From an uncultured bacterium (GTDB taxonomy: Bacteria > Bacteroidota > Bacteroidia > Chitinophagales > CAIOSU01), in NCBI GenBank assembly GCA_903861055.1, contig CAIOSU010000302.1, positions 1 through 33,942 of the forward strand: a DNA stretch of 33,942 nt. The letters are read 5' to 3'. The position numbers were made by a program, and so were the translations under genes. Positions 16,965 through 24,677 of the stretch are shown here, one piece after another (within the stretch, counting starts at the first letter, position 1; each line of letters begins with the position of its first letter). Under the pieces are notes generated by a model, which was not told the origin of the DNA, did no database searches, and worked only from the letters and a program-made list of their open reading frames with translations.

Positions 16965-17729
16965 ATGATGACATCTTTCAGCCTAAAAGGCAAAATAGCA
17001 TTGGTTACGGGTTGTAACAAAGGTATTGGCAAGGCCATGGCCATCGGTTTGGCCGAAGCGGGTGCCGATATTATTGGAGTATCGGCCACTATGCCCACAT
17101 CGGGCAGCGATGTGGAGCAGCAAGTAACAGCTTTGGGTAGGAAGTATTTTGCCTATGCCGCCGATTTATCTAACCGCGAGGCTTTGTATGCCTTCATTAA
17201 AAAGGTAAATGAAGCGCACCCGATAATCGATATTCTCATTAATAATGCTGGCACCATACTGCGCAAACCTGCTGCCGAGCACCCCGATGAGTATTGGGAC
17301 CAGGTATTGGCCCTAAACCTTGATACACCCTTTATCCTAGCCCGTGAGTTTGGTAAGCAGATGATTGAGCGTGGTTCAGGTAAAATCATTTTCACGTGCT
17401 CGTTGCTTACCTTCCAAGGGGGCATTACGGTGCCGGGCTATGCGGCCAGCAAGGGTGCTTTGGGTAGCTTGGTAAAAGCATTGGCCAATGAGTGGGCGGC
17501 TAAGGGCGTAAACGTAAACGGGATTGCACCGGGCTACATTGCCACCGACAATACAGAAGCCCTGCGCAACGACAAGGAACGCAGTGCCTCCATCTTATCG
17601 CGCATACCGGCTGGTCGTTGGGGTAACCCAGATGACTTTAAAGGTGCGACCGTATTTTTGGCTTCCAGTGCTGCCGATTATGTACACGGCACCATACTTA
17701 CGGTTGACGGCGGCTGGATGGGTAGATAG
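16965..17729 (+). CDS. kduD: 2-dehydro-3-deoxy-D-gluconate 5-dehydrogenase (SDR family)
   Basis: 254 aa. It has LKGKIALVTGCNKGIGKA (TGxxxGxG), the catalytic YAASKGA (YxxxK), a KduD-like overall pattern, and kduI as its neighbour. Confidence 0.85.
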   Translation: MMTSFSLKGKIALVTGCNKGIGKAMAIGLAEAGADIIGVSATMPTSGSDVEQQVTALGRKYFAYAADLSNREALYAFIKKVNEAHPIIDILINNAGTILRKPAAEHPDEYWDQVLALNLDTPFILAREFGKQMIERGSGKIIFTCSLLTFQGGITVPGYAASKGALGSLVKALANEWAAKGVNVNGIAPGYIATDNTEALRNDKERSASILSRIPAGRWGNPDDFKGATVFLASSAADYVHGTILTVDGGWMGR

Positions 17730-17794
17730 TTGAAATTGAAAAGAATTGGATTTTCATAGAGATTATTGATTAAAATATAAAAAACAAAACGCCA

Positions 17795-18625
17795 ATGGAT
17801 ATTAAGTTTAGTTCAAGTCCGGCAGAAGTGAAAGGAATGGATACCGCAGCATTGCGCAACCATTTTTTGATTGGTGCCTTAATGAAGCAGGATGAAGTAA
17901 CGCTTACCTATACCCATTATGATAGGTTGATTGTGGGCGGCATAGCGGCTACCCACAAAACCACACCCTTGACTGTGGAGGCCGAACTACGTGCTGATTA
18001 CTTTCTGGAGCGCAGGGAGTTGGGCATCATCAACGTAGGAGGAAAAGGCATTGTAACTGCCGATGGCGTGAGTTATGAGCTGAATAAACTGGATGCCTTG
18101 TATCTGGGCAAAGGCACCAAGGAGGTAACTTTTAAGGCTGCTGATGGCAGTGCGCCTGCTTACTTTTATCTGATGTCGGCACCGGCGCACCACACGCACC
18201 CCAATCGCAAAATGACCAAAGAAGAAGCATCGCCGGTAAACCTTGGCGATGTGGCCACGGCCAACAAGCGCACCATATACAAGTACATACACTTAGAGGG
18301 TATACAAAGCTGCCAATTGGTGATGGGCCTAACTACCTTGGAAGATGGCAGTGTTTGGAACTCCGTGCCACCGCACACCCATACGCGCCGCACAGAGGTG
18401 TATTTCTATTTCGATGTACCTTCTGACCACCGTGTGTTCCATTTTATGGGCCAACCCACGGAAACCAGGCATCTGGTAATAGCCAACCATGAAGCGGCTA
18501 TTTCGCCACCATGGTCGGTGCACTTTGGTTCGGGCACGGCCAATTATGGCTTTATATGGGCTATGGCTGGCGAAAACCTCGTTTTCAGTGATATGGACCC
18601 TGCGCCTGTGGCTAGCTTGCTGTAG
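17795..18625 (+). CDS. kduI: 5-dehydro-4-deoxy-D-glucuronate isomerase (4-deoxy-L-threo-5-hexosulose-uronate ketol-isomerase)
   Basis: 276 aa. It has a cupin metal-site region PPHTHTRRTEVYFYF and an N-terminus typical of KduI (SP.EVK.MDT..LR..FLI). Confidence 0.9.
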   Translation: MDIKFSSSPAEVKGMDTAALRNHFLIGALMKQDEVTLTYTHYDRLIVGGIAATHKTTPLTVEAELRADYFLERRELGIINVGGKGIVTADGVSYELNKLDALYLGKGTKEVTFKAADGSAPAYFYLMSAPAHHTHPNRKMTKEEASPVNLGDVATANKRTIYKYIHLEGIQSCQLVMGLTTLEDGSVWNSVPPHTHTRRTEVYFYFDVPSDHRVFHFMGQPTETRHLVIANHEAAISPPWSVHFGSGTANYGFIWAMAGENLVFSDMDPAPVASLL

Positions 18626-18629
18626 CGAT

Positions 18630-19679
18630 TTACCTTTGCACTCGGCCGCTGCCGTCACCCTTTAGCAAATCGTTTACTTCGGCCAGGGTAGCATGGTTAA
18701 AGTCGCCGGGAATGGTGTGTTTCAGCGCTGCCGCAGCTACACCAAACTCTGCCGCTTGTGCCATCGGCATACCCGTTACCAGGCCATAAATCAATCCGCC
18801 AGCAAAGGCATCGCCGCTGCCAACCCGGTCCACAATGCGTACTTCGTATTTTTTGGTGTGGTAAAATTCGTTACCATCATACACCAAGGCACTCCAACCA
18901 TTATCAGAGGCACTATGGCTTTCGCGAAGGCTTGATGCGATTATTTTAAACCCAAACTTGGCCTTCATCTGCTCACAAACTGCCTTATAGCCCTCCAAAT
19001 CCAGCTCGCCTTTGGTAACATCGGTACCTGCTGCTTTAAAGCCTAAGCTATTGTCTGCATCTTCCTCATTACCGATACAAACATCTACATACTGGCAAAG
19101 GCGGGTCATCACTTCACGTGCTTTATCCTTGCTCCATAATTTTTTGCGGTAGTTTAGGTCGATGCTGGTAGTAATGCCTTTAGCCTTGGCTGCCTTAAGG
19201 GCGGCTTCGGTGAGTGCTGCCCCTTTATCGCTTAGGGCTGGGGTAATACCCGTAGTATGAAACCAAGTGGCTCCTTCAAAAATCGCATCAAAATCAAATT
19301 CGCTCACCTCAGCTTCAGCAATAGAAGCCCCGGCCCTATCGTAAATTACTTGCGAAGCCCGCATAGAGGCACCCGTTTCCAGAAAGTAAATACCCAAGCG
19401 TTGGCCCCCACGGGCTATAAACTGCGTATCCACGCCAAAGCGCCTTAAATGGTTGATGGCCGCTTGCCCCAAGGGGTTATTGGGTACGCGGGTTACAAAA
19501 GCACCGTTCAACCCATAGTTGCTCAACGATGCGGCCACATTGGCTTCGCCGCCGCCGTAGGTTACGTCAAAGCTATCCGTTTGCACAAACCTATCGAACC
19601 CAGGGGTAGAAAGTCGCATCATTATTTCGCCGAGGGTAACTACTTTATGGGGCATATTAATGGTTTTTATTAGTTTCAT
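18630..19679 (-). CDS. kdgK: 2-dehydro-3-deoxygluconokinase (PfkB family sugar kinase)
   Basis: It has VVTLGEIMMRLS at the N-terminus and the PfkB signature DRVGSGDAFAGGLIYG. The start is either ATG 19679 or, more like homologs, ATG 19655 (MPHKVVTLGE). Confidence 0.88.
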   Translation of the reverse strand: MKLIKTINMPHKVVTLGEIMMRLSTPGFDRFVQTDSFDVTYGGGEANVAASLSNYGLNGAFVTRVPNNPLGQAAINHLRRFGVDTQFIARGGQRLGIYFLETGASMRASQVIYDRAGASIAEAEVSEFDFDAIFEGATWFHTTGITPALSDKGAALTEAALKAAKAKGITTSIDLNYRKKLWSKDKAREVMTRLCQYVDVCIGNEEDADNSLGFKAAGTDVTKGELDLEGYKAVCEQMKAKFGFKIIASSLRESHSASDNGWSALVYDGNEFYHTKKYEVRIVDRVGSGDAFAGGLIYGLVTGMPMAQAAEFGVAAAALKHTIPGDFNHATLAEVNDLLKGDGSGRVQR

Positions 19680-19745
19680 GCATTCGCTTTACAAAAGAAA
19701 GGATTTACCCTCATTATTAATAGCCCCATAGCGAACGAGCCCTTT

Positions 19746-20414
19746 ATGGAAAACAAGGCATTTATTACTGACTTAATTGTGCAACAAGGCATTTTGCCCC
19801 TATACTTTTATAAGGATACTACCGTGAGCATTGAAGTGCTGCGGGCATTGTACGCCGCGGGCATCCGCACGGTGGAGTATACCAACCGTGGCGAGGATGC
19901 CTTAAGAAACTTTGTGGCCATGCGCCAAGTGTGCGACACCGAGCTAAAAGGCATGCACTTGGGCATTGGCACCATCAAAAATGCCGATGCCGCACAAGCG
20001 TTTATTGATGCCGGTGCCGATTATTTGATTAGCCCGGGTTTGGTGGAGGAAGTGGCTGCGGTGGCCGACAAGTACAACATGCTTTGGGTGCCCGGCTGCA
20101 TGACCCCAACCGAAATTATCAGTGCCGAAAACTTGGGGGCTAAATTGATCAAGCTTTTCCCGGGCAACCTATTAGGACCAGAGTTTTTATCGGGCATTAA
20201 AGCTATTTTCCCTGGGTTGTTGTTTATGCCCACAGGTGGCGTTGAGCTTGAGAAAGAGAACATTGGGCAATGGTTTAAGGCGGGTGTATGTGCCGTGGGC
20301 ATGGGCAGCAAGCTTATTACCAATAAATTGCTCGAAACCCGAGATTACCAACAAATAACCGCCAATACCAAGGCAGCCATTGAAATAGTACAATCCGTTA
20401 AACAGACACTATGA
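19746..20414 (+). CDS. eda: Bifunctional 2-dehydro-3-deoxy-phosphogluconate / 4-hydroxy-2-oxoglutarate aldolase
   Basis: 222 aa. EYTNRG, GIGTI, ISPG and the Schiff-base region LIKLFPG are KDPG-aldolase hallmarks. Confidence 0.88.
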   Translation: MENKAFITDLIVQQGILPLYFYKDTTVSIEVLRALYAAGIRTVEYTNRGEDALRNFVAMRQVCDTELKGMHLGIGTIKNADAAQAFIDAGADYLISPGLVEEVAAVADKYNMLWVPGCMTPTEIISAENLGAKLIKLFPGNLLGPEFLSGIKAIFPGLLFMPTGGVELEKENIGQWFKAGVCAVGMGSKLITNKLLETRDYQQITANTKAAIEIVQSVKQTL

Positions 20415-21712
20415 ACGCAACGAAACCTACCTACTACCGTTGGGTAATATGTGCCTTGATATTTTTTGCCACTACCATCAACTACGTTGACCGCAGTGTT
20501 ATCAGCTTCCTCAAGTCGACGTTTACCGAAGAGCTGGGTTGGACCGATGCCGACTATGCCAACATTGAAATAGCCTTTAAGGTATTTTATGCCATTGGTT
20601 TGCTTGGCGCTGGCCGAATAGTGGACAAATTGGGCACACGGCACGGTTATGCGCTTTTTGTGTTTTTATGGAGCTTGGCGGGCACGGCCACGGCATTTGT
20701 GAGCACGTTGTTTGGTTTTCAGGTCATGCGGGGCGCACTGGGCCTTACCGAAGCAGGTAACTTCCCTGCCGCCATCAAAAGCGTGGCGGAGTGGTTCCCG
20801 AAGCGCGAGCGGGCATTGGCTACTGGTATCTTTAACTCGGGTGCCAATATTGGGGCCATTATTACGCCACTTACCATACCGTTTATCATCATTACTTGGG
20901 GCTGGCACTATGCCTTTGTATTGTCGGGTGCGTTGGGTTTTGTATGGCTGGTGCTATGGCTGGTGTTTTACCAATTGCCGCGCAATAGCAAGTATGTCAG
21001 CACTGCCGAGTTGGCCATTATTGAAAGCGACCAAGACGAGGAACCCGAAACCGACACCTCGCCAAAACTTACTTGGTTTCAGTTGCTCCAATTTAAGCAA
21101 ACCTGGGCTTTTGCTATCGGTAAGCTGCTCACCGACCCTATTTGGTGGTTCTACCTATTTTGGTTGCCCGATTTCTTTGAAAGCACCTACCAAATGAAAA
21201 TTACCGCTACCAGTTGGCCTGTAGCTGCGGTGTATATTATATCCACTTTTGGAAGTATTATGGGTGGGTGGTTGCCACTCTACCTGATACAGCAAAAAGG
21301 CTGGACCGTGCCGAAGGCGCGCCGCATCAGTATGCTCATTTATGCCCTTTGTGTCTCGCCTATCGTTTTTGCTTTGATACTCGGCTCCATCAATATGTGG
21401 TTGGCCGTGGCGGTTATTGGCTTAGCGGCTGCCGGCCATCAGGCTTGGAGCGCCAACATCTTCACCACCGTGAGCGATATGTTCCCTAAGAACTCCACCG
21501 CATCGGTGGTGGGCATTGGGGGCACGTTTGGCGCTATCGGTGGTATCTTGCTGAGCCAGTTTGTACAAAAAACGTTGTTCACCCACTTTAGGAGCATCGG
21601 CCAAATAGAAACCGCCTACTACATTATGTTTGCCATCTGCGCCGGTGCCTACCTCAGTGCCTGGGTAATCATGCAGCTATTGGTGCGCAATGCGGGTAAG
21701 GTGAAAGCGTAG
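20411..21712 (+). CDS. exuT: MFS transporter, hexuronate/anionic-sugar (ACS/ExuT-like) type
   Basis: 433 aa with about 12 helices and MFS motif A (GAGRIVDKLGTRHG). Its ATG overlaps the eda stop (ATGA at 20411-20414). The substrate is inferred from context only. Confidence 0.75.
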   Translation: MNATKPTYYRWVICALIFFATTINYVDRSVISFLKSTFTEELGWTDADYANIEIAFKVFYAIGLLGAGRIVDKLGTRHGYALFVFLWSLAGTATAFVSTLFGFQVMRGALGLTEAGNFPAAIKSVAEWFPKRERALATGIFNSGANIGAIITPLTIPFIIITWGWHYAFVLSGALGFVWLVLWLVFYQLPRNSKYVSTAELAIIESDQDEEPETDTSPKLTWFQLLQFKQTWAFAIGKLLTDPIWWFYLFWLPDFFESTYQMKITATSWPVAAVYIISTFGSIMGGWLPLYLIQQKGWTVPKARRISMLIYALCVSPIVFALILGSINMWLAVAVIGLAAAGHQAWSANIFTTVSDMFPKNSTASVVGIGGTFGAIGGILLSQFVQKTLFTHFRSIGQIETAYYIMFAICAGAYLSAWVIMQLLVRNAGKVKA

Positions 21713-21749
21713 TTGATTGGTTATTAGTTGATTGGTTATAGGTTATTGG
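21711..21749. repeat. Short tandem direct repeat: agttgattggttatt, agttgattggttata, then a partial ggttattgg
   Basis: Read directly from the sequence. It begins inside the exuT stop codon. Confidence 0.7.
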
Positions 21750-21873
21750 GGTAGAAGCGGAATTGTTATGTTGGGGTTGTGTGCCGGTGCAATGTGCTAG
21801 GCTAGCCTAAGGTAAGAAATGAATGAGTGCGCCATAAGCCTAGAGGCTTAAGGCAGCACGAGTATATGTTACT

Positions 21874-22773
21874 TCACTTCTTGCTTCTTCTTTCGCCCTT
21901 CTTGTCTATTGGTTTTTCTACTTGCGGCAAACCGTTTAACGCGTCTTTGGCATTTAGTGCCGTTACCACCTTCTTGCCGGTTTTGGCCTCTAGTTCTTGC
22001 CTTGCCACCTTGGCTACATTTCCGCCTTGGGCAGCCACTTTCTTGCTTTCTTCAAAATCCTTCGGGCTTACTGCAACCGATATGTCTTTCGTAGATGCTT
22101 CTGCTAGCATATTCAAAATTAACTCGGTGTTAGTCATGTTGTCACGCAGGTTTTCCTTCTTTAAGCCCTTCAATACCTTATACTCTTTGGTGGTTTTGTC
22201 GCTCCATGCTTTGGTAATAATATCGGTAAGGGTGGCAAATTGAATACCCTCTTGTAGCCCTCGCTTTTTCCATTCGTCTGTCAGCTCTTTTCTAACCTCG
22301 ATGCTTTTAATCCGCTGGTTGATCCAGTTTTCGGAGTAGCCCAGTTGCAGGTATTGCTCTAAGGCCCTATCGATGCTTAGTTCGGGGTCTTGCAGTTCGT
22401 CTAACCTTTCGGAAGCTACACGAGCCAGCCAAAGTTTAAATGGCTCGGCCTTAGGAGAAGGTATGGATTGAATGAGGCGGAAAAGTTGCTCGGTATCGGC
22501 CACATCGGTTTTGTAGTATTTACCATCTGCCGATTGCATTTTCAGTTGACTACAATTTGTAGTCAACTGGCTACCTTCTCCTTTTAGCCTTGTTTTTAGT
22601 ACACTCCAATATTTTCTTGGATTGGGGCTATCTGTAAGCACCGCCACCACATCCACAATAGATATGTACCATTTTTCTTGCTCCGCATCCCAAAGGGTTC
22701 GCACTTGCTTTTCTTCGAACAACTTTATGGCGGTTATTTCCTTATTCACGATATGCTGTTTGTATAATTTCAA
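21874..22773 (-). CDS. Bro-N domain protein (prophage-antirepressor-like) with a DinD-like C-terminal half
   Basis: 299 aa. VRTLWDAEQEKWYISIVDVVAVLTDSPNPRKYW and IQSIPSPKAEPFKLWLA are the Bro-N-type core. KGLKKENLRDNMTNTELILNMLAE resembles E. coli DinD (KGLKKNQKILDHMGSTELAANLF). The start is not an ATG: it is TTG at 22773 or GTG at 22749. Confidence 0.8.
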   Translation of the reverse strand: MKLYKQHIVNKEITAIKLFEEKQVRTLWDAEQEKWYISIVDVVAVLTDSPNPRKYWSVLKTRLKGEGSQLTTNCSQLKMQSADGKYYKTDVADTEQLFRLIQSIPSPKAEPFKLWLARVASERLDELQDPELSIDRALEQYLQLGYSENWINQRIKSIEVRKELTDEWKKRGLQEGIQFATLTDIITKAWSDKTTKEYKVLKGLKKENLRDNMTNTELILNMLAEASTKDISVAVSPKDFEESKKVAAQGGNVAKVARQELEAKTGKKVVTALNAKDALNGLPQVEKPIDKKGERRSKK

Positions 22774-22938
22774 TGATAAGGATTATTCTTCAATTATGCC
22801 TGCCTAAGTGCAATATTTTAGTTCTCAATCTTGGTAAATATAATTTCCAGGGTGCCTCCTTATGGCTTCTCCATTACAATCGCTGCATTCTCTGTGCTAC
22901 CTAAAGCAGTCTCGCTTAAGGCGTGCCCATCCCTACCT

Positions 22939-23295
22939 CTATTTCCTCATTTGCTCCTTTACCCTGAACTCCACAATGCGCTTAATCAAATCAAATGGAA
23001 TAGGCTGTTTGAGGGGGAATTGCACTGAGCCTTTGCCTTGCTTAAATCTAGCTAGTTCTTCGGCAAAAGCTTCGTGCCCAGTGGGCGTGGCATAAAACCC
23101 GATGTGGTTTTTGAATGCCGCAAAAAACACCAATTGCCCATGGAGGTAATAGCCTGGCATGCCATAACTGATTCTTTCCTCGGCATTTGGAGCGACCTGT
23201 TTAATGGTTGACCGCACTTGCATCAGCAATATTTGTACCTCTTGCGGAAAGTTGGCAATGTACGCATCAACGGTAGTGGGTTTTGCGGCGGTCAT
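22939..23295 (-). CDS. DUF1801 (YdhG-like) domain protein
   Basis: 118 aa. TVDAYIANFP...ISYGMPGYYLHGQLVFFAAFKNHIGFY is the typical family pattern. It starts 11 nt after the recR stop. Confidence 0.75.
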   Translation of the reverse strand: MTAAKPTTVDAYIANFPQEVQILLMQVRSTIKQVAPNAEERISYGMPGYYLHGQLVFFAAFKNHIGFYATPTGHEAFAEELARFKQGKGSVQFPLKQPIPFDLIKRIVEFRVKEQMRK

Positions 23296-23306
23296 GGTGC
23301 TGCACT

Positions 23307-23927
23307 TTATCTATTAATCATGTAGCTCTCGTAAGGCAAGCGGTTGGCTATAGAACGGGCTAAGGTTAGTTCGTCAGCATATTCTAGCTCGCCGCCAAAT
23401 GCTATTCCACGGGCTATGGTAGTTACGCGCACCCCGTGCGGCTGCAATTGGCGCTGTATGTAAAATATAGTGGTATCGCCTTCAATAGTGGGGCTTAGGG
23501 CCATTATTACCTCGCGTACTTTATCAGTTTGCACTCGCTCAACAAGGCTATCCACTTTTATATCTTCCGGTCCAATGCCATCTACGGGTGAAATAACGTT
23601 ACCCAGCACATGGTACATGCCATGAAATTGATTAGTGTTTTCTACCGCAATTACATCCCTTAGGTTTTCTACCACGCACACCAAAGTGGCATCGCGTTGC
23701 GGGTTGCTGCAAATAGTACACATGGGTGCATCGCTTACGTTGTGGCACTTTTGGCAATAATGGATATTCTGGCGCATCCGTATTACCGCTTCGCCTAGCT
23801 TGTCGGCCTTATCGGGCGTTTGGTTTAGCAGGTGCAATACCAGCCTGAGAGCCGTTTTTTGCCCTATGCCCGGTAGTTTGCTAAACTCGCCTACCGCATC
23901 TTCTATCAGTTTGCTCGGAAATTTCAT
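23307..23927 (-). CDS. recR: Recombination mediator protein RecR
   Basis: The HhH motif is KLPGIGQKTALRL, the zinc finger is CQKCHNVSDAPMCTIC, and the Toprim segment is VCVVENLRDVIAVE. The internal ATG at 23927 gives the expected ~206 aa. I judged the 38-aa N-terminal extension in the track (to 24041) spurious. Confidence 0.92.
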   Translation of the reverse strand: MKFPSKLIEDAVGEFSKLPGIGQKTALRLVLHLLNQTPDKADKLGEAVIRMRQNIHYCQKCHNVSDAPMCTICSNPQRDATLVCVVENLRDVIAVENTNQFHGMYHVLGNVISPVDGIGPEDIKVDSLVERVQTDKVREVIMALSPTIEGDTTIFYIQRQLQPHGVRVTTIARGIAFGGELEYADELTLARSIANRLPYESYMINR

Positions 23928-24122
23928 CTTTTGGTCCACGGGCCACAGTCCACAGTCCACGGAATAGTTGGGCTGAAGACTGGCTTTTTGGAATGGTAAA
24001 GTTAACGAAAAATTGGGGAGTGGGTGGATGGCATATGGCAACTATTGTGGGGTGAAATATACCATACCGGTGGCCAATACTCATCTGCTAAGCGTATCTT
24101 TATGCCACTATAATCATGAGCC

Positions 24123-24530
24123 ATGGAACACTATACCGCCCAAGTTATGTGGGCACAGATTGACGGAAACATGCACCTTCGCCACTCGGCGTATGCCGAT
24201 TTTGCCACGCAGGCCCGGATGTTTGAGCTGGAGAAACTGGGTATTACTTCGGATGATTTTTTGCTTGAGAAAATGGGCCCGATACTGTTTAGGGAAGAAA
24301 CCATTTATCTGCGCGAAGTAAAACCCAACGAAACCATTACCGTAAAGGTGGCCATAACCAAATACCTGCCAGATGCCAGCCGCTGGACCATACGCCACGA
24401 GCTGTTTAGGGGTGATGGCGTGAAAGCCGCCGAGGTAATTATAGATGGAGCATGGATGAGCACTGAAACCCGAAAACTGGCAGTGCCACCGGCATCAATA
24501 GCCGATAAATTTTTGCAGTTGCCGCAGTAG
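24123..24530 (+). CDS. Acyl-CoA thioesterase, hotdog fold (4HBT/YbgC-like)
   Basis: 135 aa. VMWAQIDGNMHLRHSAY is the typical N-terminal catalytic region of the family. Confidence 0.75.
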   Translation: MEHYTAQVMWAQIDGNMHLRHSAYADFATQARMFELEKLGITSDDFLLEKMGPILFREETIYLREVKPNETITVKVAITKYLPDASRWTIRHELFRGDGVKAAEVIIDGAWMSTETRKLAVPPASIADKFLQLPQ

Positions 24531-24624
24531 CCATAAATATTGGAAGTTTTAACAATTGTTTGCAGATATGCTGGAATTATTAGCCCAACTTCCATGTTAT
24601 GACATTGTTTCCTGAAAGTTGTTT

Positions 24625-24654
24625 TTGAAAGGCCTGACGGAAACCGTATCTTTG
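24625..24654 (+). promoter_or_regulatory. Candidate Bacteroidota sigma-A promoter for purF (-33 TTG, -7 TATCTTTG)
   Basis: TTG at 24625-24627 is followed after a 19-nt spacer by TATCTTTG at 24647-24654, which matches TAnnTTTG. The ATG is at 24678. Confidence 0.45.
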
Positions 24655-24677
24655 TCATTCAATTTTTCCACCGGTAC

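Noticed and set aside
20712-21489. Out-of-frame ORFs (161 aa and 91 aa) inside the MFS transporter gene
   Set aside because: They are nested in a 12-helix MFS ORF with motif A. Their translations are Arg/Pro/Ser-rich and look like frame-shift translations.
21827-22243. 138-aa plus-strand ORF opposite the Bro-N gene
   Set aside because: It is antisense to a gene with strong family motifs, and its translation is low-complexity Leu/Ser/Phe.
23928-24041. 38-aa N-terminal extension of recR in the ORF track. The same applies to the extensions at 15924-15995 and 26820-26846
   Set aside because: The extensions have no similarity to the families. Internal ATGs give canonical N-termini (MKFPSKLIEDAV for RecR, a signal peptide for KatG, and the first helix for the membrane protein).
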